64,000 bases of DNA from an uncultured Planctomycetaceae bacterium (GTDB lineage Bacteria; Planctomycetota; Phycisphaerae; SM23-33). The stretch is from assembly GCA_964631565.1 (NCBI GenBank), contig CAZVYJ010000011.1:182-64181 (forward strand), written 5' to 3'. Below are positions 9,462 through 17,638 of the stretch, piece after piece (positions within the stretch are counted from its first letter, which is position 1; each line of letters begins with the position of its first letter). The position numbers and the translations under genes were made by a program. Below the pieces are notes generated by a model. The model was not told the origin of the DNA and ran no database searches. It worked only from the letters and a program-made list of their open reading frames with translations.

Positions 9462-10616
9462 ATGAGAAGGGTTAATGTTCTATTGGCATTTTTTACAATG
9501 CTGGCTCTGGCTGTTCCGGCGGCTGCCGCGTGGGTCGATAACACTGCGTCCTGGACGGCACAGGGCCTTTCCGGCGGTTTGTTGATCACGGATACCGACA
9601 ACAATACGATGTATAACATCAGCGGCAGCACGATCCGGAGCTACGATGCCGGCACCGACACATGGACGACGCTGACCTCCGCGAGCGGCGGCGGTTACAC
9701 AGGCGAATGGTGTGTGGGTGCTTACGCACAGGGCAAAATCCTGCTGAAAAGCCACAATCACAACTACATCCAGATTTATGACATCGCCACGGACAGCTGG
9801 TCCAACAGCACGCTGCCCAGCACCACTTACAGTTACGGCCACGGCCAGGGTGCGGTTTACAACCCCGCCGACGGCAAGTTCTATACCTTCTGGACTTCCT
9901 ATTCGCCAGGCTACGAGCCTGTAGGAGCCGCATATGATGTGGCGACAGGCACGTGGAGTGCAGACACAGCCTATGCCAATCAGGGGCCGAGGTATCTGTG
10001 GGGCCGCATGCAGTCGGTCACCGTGGGCACCACGAATTACTTCCTGAGAGATGAAAATTATTTTCTTGGCGACAGGAACAGTGGAGATGGAACTATCAGA
10101 CTGGGTTCATATGATTTGACTCAGGGCATTCCGACAGACCAAAGCACCTTGAATTACACCATCCTGTCGTTCGACATGGGCGGTGGTGCGGAACTGCATT
10201 ACAATGGTTTCACTCACCTGGGAGAAACCTACTACTCCGGTGGCGGCGGCTGGCCGGCTGCTTTTTATGACGATGCCGGGGTTGCTTTCGGCACCCAGAT
10301 GATGGCCGTCGATGGTACAGACATCTATATTGTGGGTGAATGTTTCACATGGTGGGGCTGCACCGATCCGCCGGAAGGTAGCGAACATCTTGAGGTTGTC
10401 GTTTATCATACCGCCACAGGCACGTGGGAAAACTTCGAAGACGTGCCGTGGTCCGGAAATGCCTACCGCAACCATACTGTAACGGTTTGCAACGGTGTTC
10501 TGTACGTTCAGGACGGCAGCGAGTTCTATGCCTACAACCTAGTTCCCGAGCCGGCGACTGTGTCGCTGCTGGGCCTCGGCGGTTTGGGACTCCTTATCCG
10601 TCGCAGACACAGATAA
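9462..10616 (+). CDS. secreted PEP-CTERM protein, Kelch-like beta-propeller
   Basis: signal peptide; repeated YDxxTDTW / YDIATDSW / YDVATGTW / YHTATGTW blades; VPEPATVSLLGLGGLGLLIRRRHR. Confidence 0.85.
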   Translation: MRRVNVLLAFFTMLALAVPAAAAWVDNTASWTAQGLSGGLLITDTDNNTMYNISGSTIRSYDAGTDTWTTLTSASGGGYTGEWCVGAYAQGKILLKSHNHNYIQIYDIATDSWSNSTLPSTTYSYGHGQGAVYNPADGKFYTFWTSYSPGYEPVGAAYDVATGTWSADTAYANQGPRYLWGRMQSVTVGTTNYFLRDENYFLGDRNSGDGTIRLGSYDLTQGIPTDQSTLNYTILSFDMGGGAELHYNGFTHLGETYYSGGGGWPAAFYDDAGVAFGTQMMAVDGTDIYIVGECFTWWGCTDPPEGSEHLEVVVYHTATGTWENFEDVPWSGNAYRNHTVTVCNGVLYVQDGSEFYAYNLVPEPATVSLLGLGGLGLLIRRRHR

Positions 10617-10642
10617 ACTGAATATTCTGCAACAGACTTAGT

Positions 10643-10666
10643 GCTCAGAATCGGGTTCCTCTGAGT
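10643..10666 (+). ncRNA. conserved 3'-UTR bulged hairpin motif, copy C
   Basis: GCTCAGAATCGGGTTCCTCTGAGT. Confidence 0.55.
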
Positions 10667-10670
10667 ATGG

Positions 10671-10702
10671 TGTGGCCGTTCTTTACGGGGCGGCCACATT
10701 TT
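10671..10702 (+). terminator. intrinsic terminator
   Basis: TGTGGCCGTTC...GGGCGGCCACA-TTTT. Confidence 0.75.
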
Positions 10703-10750
10703 ATTGCGCGAAATCCCAATTTGTAGGACAATTATCTGAAAACATTCCCC

Positions 10751-10805
10751 TTGACAGCCTTGTAGTTACACATTATTCTATATATCAGAAAGATAAACAG
10801 AATAA
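10751..10805 (+). promoter_or_regulatory. sigma70-type promoter of regulator 4 with inverted repeat
   Basis: TTGACA(10751-10756)-N17-TATTCT(10774-10779); TTATTCT(10773-10779)...AGAATAA(10799-10805). Confidence 0.7.
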
Positions 10806-10820
10806 GTATTGGAAAATTCG

Positions 10821-11942
10821 ATGGAACTAACCGGCAAGGCCAAATACGAAGACGTCGTCCACAGATTGCGAAGCGATATTGTGAAAGGCGTTTATTCACC
10901 GGGGAACCGGCTGCCGAATCGATCTGATATCGGCCAGCAGTTCGGCGTGGGGATGGCCACAGTTCAGAAAGCGCTCGACATGCTGACTGAGGATGGTTTT
11001 ATACGTGCGCGGGCCGGAGCTGGAACTTTCGTGGTGGACAACCCGCCGCACCTTTCTGATTACGCGCTGATTATCCCCGCCGCTAGCCTGTGGTCGCGTT
11101 GCTATTCTACATTGCGAGCGGCGGCGACGATTGTCGCCGATGGGGAAAAGGTGAAATTCAAGGAATATAATCCTTCCCGCGATATTGGCAACCGGTCTGA
11201 AATTATCAGATTGTCCAGCGACGTCGTGAATCACAGGCTGGCCGGTATTATCGTTGCGGGTTTCGCCGACGAACTCGTAGGGACGCCGGCCATTGAGATG
11301 CCCGGCATTCCACGCGTGCTTCATCAGCCCATGCCGGGATTTGATTACCCTGTTGTGTGCCTTGACGGTTTTCTGGACAAGGCGACCGAATATCTCAAAT
11401 CTCGCGGCCGGAAACGGGTAGCGCACCTTTGCCTGGATTTTGCATGGACCGAAATAGATGCGTTCATCCAGCAATTGAAACAGAGGCTGGACGACGTCAG
11501 AAATTATTGGGTTCAGCCGCTACGCATAGGTGAGAGATTCCACGGCACCAAGCACGTGGTTGATCTGCTCATGCAACTGGAAGGGGACAAGCGCCCTGAC
11601 TCGCTGATAATCCACGATGACAACTTGGTAGACCAGGCGGTAGCGGGTCTGCTGGCGGGGGGCATAAAAGTACCGGACGAAATAGAGGTCGTAGCCATGG
11701 CGAACTTCCCGTCTTTTCAGCAGTCCGCCTTGCCCATCAAGCGGATCGGCTATGACTTCCGGCAGGTGCTCGAGAAATCGCTCGAAATCATGCAGATGGA
11801 GCGTTCGGGACAGACGCCGCCGAGACTGACGAAACTTACGGCGACGTATGAAGAAGACGTTGACTACGGGCCAGCATATGCAGGGCCTGATGAGTTGGAG
11901 ATGAGAGGCATCATTTTATCTGGACCCAAAACGGGAGAATGA
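10821..11942 (+). CDS. GntR/LacI-type regulator, paralog 4
   Basis: MELTGKAKYEDVV.. start aligns with paralog 2; LPNRSDIGQQFGVGMATVQKAL wHTH. Confidence 0.9.
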   Translation: MELTGKAKYEDVVHRLRSDIVKGVYSPGNRLPNRSDIGQQFGVGMATVQKALDMLTEDGFIRARAGAGTFVVDNPPHLSDYALIIPAASLWSRCYSTLRAAATIVADGEKVKFKEYNPSRDIGNRSEIIRLSSDVVNHRLAGIIVAGFADELVGTPAIEMPGIPRVLHQPMPGFDYPVVCLDGFLDKATEYLKSRGRKRVAHLCLDFAWTEIDAFIQQLKQRLDDVRNYWVQPLRIGERFHGTKHVVDLLMQLEGDKRPDSLIIHDDNLVDQAVAGLLAGGIKVPDEIEVVAMANFPSFQQSALPIKRIGYDFRQVLEKSLEIMQMERSGQTPPRLTKLTATYEEDVDYGPAYAGPDELEMRGIILSGPKTGE

Positions 11943-11954
11943 AAGGAGAAAAAC

Positions 11955-12536
11955 ATGTTCTTGAGATTCAAGAAACCACTGATGCTGTGGTTTGGGCTGG
12001 TTGCCCTGATTGCATTTGTGTCGCCGGCTGGAGCATCGACGCTTATTCCGCAGAGCCAGCTAACCGCGTGGGCGAGCACTCTGTTTGACGGGATATATCC
12101 CGGCTCAAACACGGTTGACGGCAACGTCGGAACAATATGGGCGGCCGGCAACACAGACAATTCGTATCTGCGGATTGACCTCGGCGCTACCTACACTGTT
12201 GATATGTTCACGATCGAAGGCAGGGCTGACAACACAGACCGTCCGAACGCCTTCAAACTGTGGGTAACCGACACGCTGACCGACGGAGATATCACGGGGT
12301 GGACGGACCCGGTGCTGGAATCCAATTTCCTCAGTCAGCAGGCGGTGCAGGAGATTAATTTCACCCCGACTTCCGGCCAGTATATGTATGTGTTGCTGGT
12401 CGGTACCCCTTACAACTACAGCGGCATGTCCAGGGGCTGCATTGCCGAGTTCAACGCTTACCAGGTGCCCGAGCCGGCGACTATGTCACTCCTCGGCCTC
12501 GGCGGCCTGGGACTGTTTATCCGTCGCAGGAAGTAA
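11955..12536 (+). CDS. secreted PEP-CTERM protein, discoidin/F5-8 type C (CBM32-like) domain
   Basis: signal peptide; NTVDGNVGTIW...YLRIDLGATYTVDMFTIEGR is typical of discoidin domains; VPEPATMSLLGLGGLGLFIRRRK. Confidence 0.85.
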   Translation: MFLRFKKPLMLWFGLVALIAFVSPAGASTLIPQSQLTAWASTLFDGIYPGSNTVDGNVGTIWAAGNTDNSYLRIDLGATYTVDMFTIEGRADNTDRPNAFKLWVTDTLTDGDITGWTDPVLESNFLSQQAVQEINFTPTSGQYMYVLLVGTPYNYSGMSRGCIAEFNAYQVPEPATMSLLGLGGLGLFIRRRK

Positions 12537-12554
12537 ATGAGTCTTCTGCTGTTT

Positions 12555-12578
12555 GCTCAGAACCGGGTTCCTCTGAGC
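12555..12578 (+). ncRNA. conserved 3'-UTR bulged hairpin motif, copy D
   Basis: GCTCAGAACCGGGTTCCTCTGAGC. Confidence 0.55.
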
Positions 12579-12587
12579 ATTTTCAAA

Positions 12588-12621
12588 GTGGCCGTTCCGT
12601 TACGGGACGGCCACGTTTTTT
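12588..12621 (+). terminator. intrinsic terminator
   Basis: GTGGCCGTTCCG-TTA-CGGGACGGCCAC-GTTTTTT. Confidence 0.85.
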
Positions 12622-12635
12622 ATCGAATTCCTTAC

Positions 12636-12800
12636 TGAAGACCACGGGTTTACCCGTGGATGAATGCCGCCGACAACGGCAGTTGCCGTTGTCGGCTCCT
12701 GAATCCCGGTGTGTGTGAGTAAAATGCACATACGCCCGGATTCAGGTCAGCTGCGACTGCAGCTGTGAAGGTAAGTACCCCGGCTTTAGCCGGGGGAATC
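12636..12800. mobile_element. putative non-autonomous IS200/IS605-type (palindrome-associated) element
   Basis: Five consecutive hairpins; the terminal ones CCACGGGT-TT-ACCCGTGG and CCCCGGCT-TT-AGCCGGGG resemble IS200/IS605 subterminal palindromes; no ORF; ends approximate. Confidence 0.5.
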
Positions 12801-12990
12801 TATGCAATTTTACCATCAGCTCGAATATCTGACAGGTTCCATGCTTTTCTGACTGCTGCACTTTGATCCCCCCTCAAAAAAACATGCGGCGCGCAACTCA
12901 TTCTTGATTCAGAGGTTTTGTTCAATGACCTCCCGGGTTTTTAATGCCTGTCATTTTGCACAAAAACGATAGGCACACAAATTTTTCCAA

Positions 12991-13018
12991 TTGACTTTTT
13001 CTAAGAATCAATTATTAT
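12991..13018 (+). promoter_or_regulatory. sigma70-type promoter of regulator 5
   Basis: TTGACT(12991-12996)-N16-TATTAT(13013-13018) in an AT-rich tract. Confidence 0.55.
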
Positions 13019-13047
13019 AAATTAAAGTGTTATTGACTTAGAACATA

Positions 13048-14121
13048 ATGTCAGGAATGTATTCAGTGACACATTCTCCTAGAGCCAAATATCACGATCT
13101 GGCGGCGACACTCAAAAGTGAGATTATTGAGGGTGTGTATTCTCCTGGCCATCGATTGCCTACGAGGCTGCAGATGGTTCAGCAGTATGGTGTGAGCGTT
13201 GCTACGGTGCAGCGGGCTCTCAATACGCTCCTTGACGATGGTTTCATCCGTGCGAAATCGCGAGCGGGGACATTCGTCGTGGACAATCCTCCTCACCTGT
13301 CGAATTTCGGTCTGGTCTTGTCGGCCGAGGGACAGTGGTCGCAATATTACCTGTCGATTCTTGAAGCGGCGAAAATGGTAGGTCTTGAGGAAAATGCTTA
13401 TCTGAAGGCTTATTTTACGTCAAGGCAGGTGGGGTTGCGGCAGGGGCTTGTAAGCTTGTGCGGTGACATATCCAACCACAGGCTTGGCGGGTTGATTATA
13501 GCCACGCCGACTGACAATCTGCATGACACGCCAGTGGTGCAGAAAAAGGATATGCCGCGAGTTCTTTTGTGCCCCTCAAATGAGAATGATATCCCGATTA
13601 TCAAGATAGACATGAATTCCTTCATGGACAAGGCTGTGGAGTATTTTTATTCCCGCGGCCGGCGACGCATCGCACACCTGTGCCTCGATTCGCTGTACAG
13701 GGTTGATAACGAGATAGATGACACGGTTCAGAAGCGGGGTATTGAGTACAGGCCTTACTGGGTGCAACTGGTCGGTTCCGGCCCCACCTTCAGAGGCGTG
13801 GCAAGCGTGGTCAATCTTCTCATGCACCTGGAAGGGGAGAATCGTCCGGATGCCATGCTCATTTACGACGACAACCTTGTCGAACACGTGGTCGGCAGCC
13901 TGATGAAGTTCGGCTTCAAGGTCCCGGACGACCTTGAGATTATCACGATGTGCAACTATCCGTCGCCCGTTTCGAGTCCGCTGCCGGTCAAAGATCTTGG
14001 GCTGGATTGCCGCATGGTTCTCAAAAAAGCCGTCGAGCTTATTGAAATGCAGCGGCTTGGACAGGAAGTGCCGTTAGTGGTTAAAGTGCCGGCCCTCTTT
14101 GATGAAGAAGTTGATCTGTAG
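13048..14121 (+). CDS. GntR/LacI-type regulator, paralog 5
   Basis: LPTRLQMVQQYGVSVATVQRALNTL wHTH; RPDAMLIYDDNL. Confidence 0.9.
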   Translation: MSGMYSVTHSPRAKYHDLAATLKSEIIEGVYSPGHRLPTRLQMVQQYGVSVATVQRALNTLLDDGFIRAKSRAGTFVVDNPPHLSNFGLVLSAEGQWSQYYLSILEAAKMVGLEENAYLKAYFTSRQVGLRQGLVSLCGDISNHRLGGLIIATPTDNLHDTPVVQKKDMPRVLLCPSNENDIPIIKIDMNSFMDKAVEYFYSRGRRRIAHLCLDSLYRVDNEIDDTVQKRGIEYRPYWVQLVGSGPTFRGVASVVNLLMHLEGENRPDAMLIYDDNLVEHVVGSLMKFGFKVPDDLEIITMCNYPSPVSSPLPVKDLGLDCRMVLKKAVELIEMQRLGQEVPLVVKVPALFDEEVDL

Positions 14122-14321
14122 TAATAATCGAGCATCGAACGAGGATGTAGTAATGCAGAAAGGAGGATGGTGATTTTAATTCGAAAGCCGTTCCCATTCA
14201 GAAGGGAAGTTTTGTGAATGTGCTTGTGGAGAATGAGCAGGGGAATCGCATGTAACGAAATTTAGAAATTTAGTGCTTAGCACAATTCATTTCTCTCTGG
14301 AGAAGAAAGGAGCTGTTCATT

Positions 14322-15365
14322 ATGAAAAGATTTAGAATTTTGCTAGGAGTCCTGTCTCTATCGGTGCTAGTTGTGCCGGCAAACGCTGGCTGGACGGAAG
14401 TGACCTCCAGCTGGAACGCCCAGGGTGTTGGAGATGGCTGGGGTCTGGTGTCTGACGGAACCACGCTGTATGCCTTCAACAACACCTCAGCCAAGGTGTA
14501 CGACGCCGCCACCGATACGTGGTCGGCTTTGGCATCGGCAACGAAAACGGTTCATGCTGCCGGCGACTCTAACGGCACGCAGGTTTATTACGACGACGGA
14601 AAGTTTTACTTCAGGACGCACGGCGGCAATGGAAGCTATATCAGCATCTACGATATAGCCAACAATTCGTGGAACCAGCCGGACATCGAACTCGGCAGCT
14701 ACAGCCCGTGTAACTATTCGCAAGGCACGGTTTATGATCCTACAACCGGTACACTGTGGTCGATATGGACGAGTTGGCAGGGCGGTACCGAATACCTCGG
14801 CTACAACTCGTATGACACCACGACCGGAACCTTTGGCACCGCCGCCGGCGGCACATGGGGATCGCCTGACAATTTCTCGGGCAAGATGCGGTTCGGCAAC
14901 AATCGGCCCGGCGTGATTGTCGATCTTGACGGCACCTATTACTACTACAAGCTGTCAGACCAGGGCACAAGTCCGTACATGCAGCGTGTAGCATTCGGCT
15001 GGGATGACCCGACGGAAGCAACGACGGAGACCCTGGCGCAGTTGACCGGCAATAGCACCAGTCTCGGCGACAGCGGCGCATGGGGCACCAGGCAGTTGGC
15101 CGTTTTGGGCACGGACATTTATGTCACCGGTGCTGACACGTCAGGCTTTTTCGCCGTGTATCATTGCGATACCAACGAGTGGGAAATACTCGAGTCCTAT
15201 AACAACGGCAGCGGCGGATATCGTACCCACACCATGGCCATTGCAGACGGCGTAGTTTACGTAGAAGACGGCAGCCAGTTCTTTGCCTACTCGATTCCCG
15301 AGCCGGCAACTATGTCACTCCTCGGTCTCGGTGGTCTCGGCTTGCTTATTCGCCGGAAAAGATAA
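14322..15365 (+). CDS. secreted PEP-CTERM protein, Kelch-like beta-propeller, paralog of 9462-10616
   Basis: AGGAG SD; YDAATDTW, YISIYDIANNSW, YRTHTMAIADGVVYVEDGSQFFAYSIPEP align with the 9462 protein. Confidence 0.85.
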   Translation: MKRFRILLGVLSLSVLVVPANAGWTEVTSSWNAQGVGDGWGLVSDGTTLYAFNNTSAKVYDAATDTWSALASATKTVHAAGDSNGTQVYYDDGKFYFRTHGGNGSYISIYDIANNSWNQPDIELGSYSPCNYSQGTVYDPTTGTLWSIWTSWQGGTEYLGYNSYDTTTGTFGTAAGGTWGSPDNFSGKMRFGNNRPGVIVDLDGTYYYYKLSDQGTSPYMQRVAFGWDDPTEATTETLAQLTGNSTSLGDSGAWGTRQLAVLGTDIYVTGADTSGFFAVYHCDTNEWEILESYNNGSGGYRTHTMAIADGVVYVEDGSQFFAYSIPEPATMSLLGLGGLGLLIRRKR

Positions 15366-15386
15366 GCCATTGTAGACCACATTTTT

Positions 15387-15410
15387 GCTCAGAACCGGGT
15401 TCCTCTGAGC
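15387..15410 (+). ncRNA. conserved 3'-UTR bulged hairpin motif, copy E
   Basis: GCTCAGAACCGGGTTCCTCTGAGC. Confidence 0.55.
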
Positions 15411-15419
15411 ATTTTCAAA

Positions 15420-15453
15420 GTGGCCGTTCCGTTACGGGGCGGCCACGTTTTTT
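15420..15453 (+). terminator. intrinsic terminator
   Basis: GTGGCCGTTCCG-TTA-CGGGGCGGCCAC-GTTTTTT. Confidence 0.85.
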
Positions 15454-15676
15454 ATTGCCCACAAGGCCGCCTGCCGGCCTCTAAAACGACAGCGCTATAT
15501 CTGTCATAAGTCCTTGTTTTGCGATGCCTGTCGCCGAGGCGACCTTGCGAGTTCCATAGGAAACTCGCGTGTCGAATCCGAAAGCATCGCTGTCGTACTA
15601 AAACTCGGAATTTCATTCGATATGCCTCCCGAATGAGCCGATAATACGCCAATAAGGCCATTTTTCGGGAGATGCC

Positions 15677-17518
15677 ATGTGTGGAATTGTCGGATACCTG
15701 GGGCCCAAACAGGCTTGCGGAATACTGATAGAAGGTCTTAAGCGACTTGAATATCGCGGCTATGACTCCGCCGGCGTATGCGTTTACTGCGACGGCAAGC
15801 TGGAGATCGAGAAAAGCCCCGGCAGAATCACCGTTCTCGAAGAGAAGATAGCTGCCGATTCATGCATGCGCACCGGCTCGGCCGGCATCGCGCACACACG
15901 CTGGGCCACTCACGGCGAACCGAACGAAGTGAACGCCCATCCGCACACCGACACGACCGGCAGAATCGCCGTCGTCCACAACGGCATCATCGAGAACTAC
16001 GCCACGCTTAAAAAGTTTCTCCAGAGCAAGGGGTGCGTCTTCGTGTCCGAGACGGACACGGAAGTGCTTGCGCACCTGGTGTCGCAGTTTTACAACGACG
16101 GGGCCGACTCGCTCGAGGAGGCCGTCCAGCTCGCGCTTCGCGAGGTCAGCGGCACCTACGGTATCGCCGTCATGTGCGCCGACGAGCCGGACAAAATAAT
16201 CGCCGCCCGCAAGGGCAGCCCGCTGATTATCGGCGTCGGCAAGAATGAATACGTTATCGCGTCCGACGCGTCGGCGATTATCGAGCATACCGCCAACGTG
16301 ATTTACCTGAACGACAACGAGATGGCCGTCATCACCCGCGACGGCATGCAGACGATGACCATCGACAACGTCCCGGTCAACAAGGAAGTCCAGCAGCTCG
16401 AGTGGTCGCTCGAGCAGATAGCCAAGGGCGGTTACGACCACTTCATGCTCAAGGAAATCTTCGAGCAGCCCGATGCGATAAGGACGACCCTCAGCGGGCG
16501 AATCGACCGGCGTGAAAAGCGCATCATACTCGGCGGGCTTCAGGGCGTCATACGCGAACTGATCCGCGCGAGGCGGATAATTCTCACCGCGTGCGGCACG
16601 GCATGGCACGCCGGGCTGATAGGCGAGTACCTCTTCGAAGACCTCGCCCGCATCCCGGCCGAGGTCGAATACGCCAGCGAGTTCCGCTATCGCAACCCGA
16701 TAGTCGAGGAAGGAACCGTCGTCCTGGCGATAAGCCAGTCGGGCGAGACTGCCGACACGCTGGCAGCCCTGCGCGAAGCCAGGGACAAGGGCGCGATGGC
16801 GCTCGGCATCGTCAACGCCGTAGGCTCGACGATAGCGCGCGACACCGACGCCGGCGTATACCTGCACGCCGGGCCGGAAATCGGCGTGGCGTCCACCAAG
16901 GCGTTCACCTGCCAGATCGTCGTCGAGACGCTGATGGCCCTGATGCTGGGCCGGCGGAGGTTCATGTCGCAGCAGAAGCTCAGCACGTATATCGACGCGC
17001 TGCTGGAGATTCCCGGCCAGATAGAGCAGATACTCACGCAGTCAGACGCGATTAAGGAAATCGTGGGCGATTATGTGAAGTACAACAACTGGCTGTTCCT
17101 CGGCCGCGGCTACAACTACCCCATAGCGCTGGAAGGCGCGCTGAAGCTCAAGGAAATCAGCTACATTCACGCCGAGGGCCTGCAGGCCGCCGAGATGAAG
17201 CATGGCCCGATAGCACTCATACACGAAGGCATGCCGGTTATCTTCATCGCTCCACGCTGCGCGACGTACGAGAAGATTGTCGGCAACATCGAGGAAGTCC
17301 GCGCCCGGAAGGGCCGCGTGGTGGCCGTGGCGACCGAAGGCGACGAGAACATCCGCAAGTACTGCGACCATGTCATATACGTTCCGGACTGCCCCGCACC
17401 GCTCCAGCCTCTGCTTACGGTCATTCCGCTGCAGCTTATCGCTTATCACGCAGCCGTCGCCAGAGGCTGCAACGTGGACAAACCGCGCAACCTCGCCAAA
17501 AGCGTGACCGTGGAGTAG
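15677..17518 (+). CDS. glmS: glutamine-fructose-6-phosphate aminotransferase
   Basis: MCGIVGY start, HTRWATHG, SQSGETADT, PRNLAKSVTVE end. Confidence 0.98.
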   Translation: MCGIVGYLGPKQACGILIEGLKRLEYRGYDSAGVCVYCDGKLEIEKSPGRITVLEEKIAADSCMRTGSAGIAHTRWATHGEPNEVNAHPHTDTTGRIAVVHNGIIENYATLKKFLQSKGCVFVSETDTEVLAHLVSQFYNDGADSLEEAVQLALREVSGTYGIAVMCADEPDKIIAARKGSPLIIGVGKNEYVIASDASAIIEHTANVIYLNDNEMAVITRDGMQTMTIDNVPVNKEVQQLEWSLEQIAKGGYDHFMLKEIFEQPDAIRTTLSGRIDRREKRIILGGLQGVIRELIRARRIILTACGTAWHAGLIGEYLFEDLARIPAEVEYASEFRYRNPIVEEGTVVLAISQSGETADTLAALREARDKGAMALGIVNAVGSTIARDTDAGVYLHAGPEIGVASTKAFTCQIVVETLMALMLGRRRFMSQQKLSTYIDALLEIPGQIEQILTQSDAIKEIVGDYVKYNNWLFLGRGYNYPIALEGALKLKEISYIHAEGLQAAEMKHGPIALIHEGMPVIFIAPRCATYEKIVGNIEEVRARKGRVVAVATEGDENIRKYCDHVIYVPDCPAPLQPLLTVIPLQLIAYHAAVARGCNVDKPRNLAKSVTVE

Positions 17519-17638
17519 TCGCCGCGAAGCCGCGTTTTTCGTCAGACGGTCAAAAAACTGTTGGCGACGGTCTCCTGAAGGTGTTAAACAGCTTGTTTGT
17601 GCGCATGGTGTTTAATGTCATGTGTAAGGCCGGCGAAT

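Noticed and set aside
1539-14321. sigma54 (-24/-12) promoters upstream of PEP-CTERM genes, as in PrsR-regulated systems
   Set aside because: No convincing TGGCAC-N5-TTGC seen in the regulator-passenger gaps; one gap is only 12 bp, which favours co-transcription.
2387-15410. 3' motif as an integron attC site or CRISPR repeat
   Set aside because: At 24-25 nt it is too short for attC and lacks terminal RYYYAAC/GTTRRRY boxes; no integrase or cas gene is in the window; copies are kilobases apart without spacer periodicity.
15454-15676. glmS ribozyme upstream of glmS
   Set aside because: Two small hairpins exist (GTCGCC/GGCGAC; GCGAGTT/AACTCGC), but the AGCGCC cleavage-site and GACGAGG core elements are not present.
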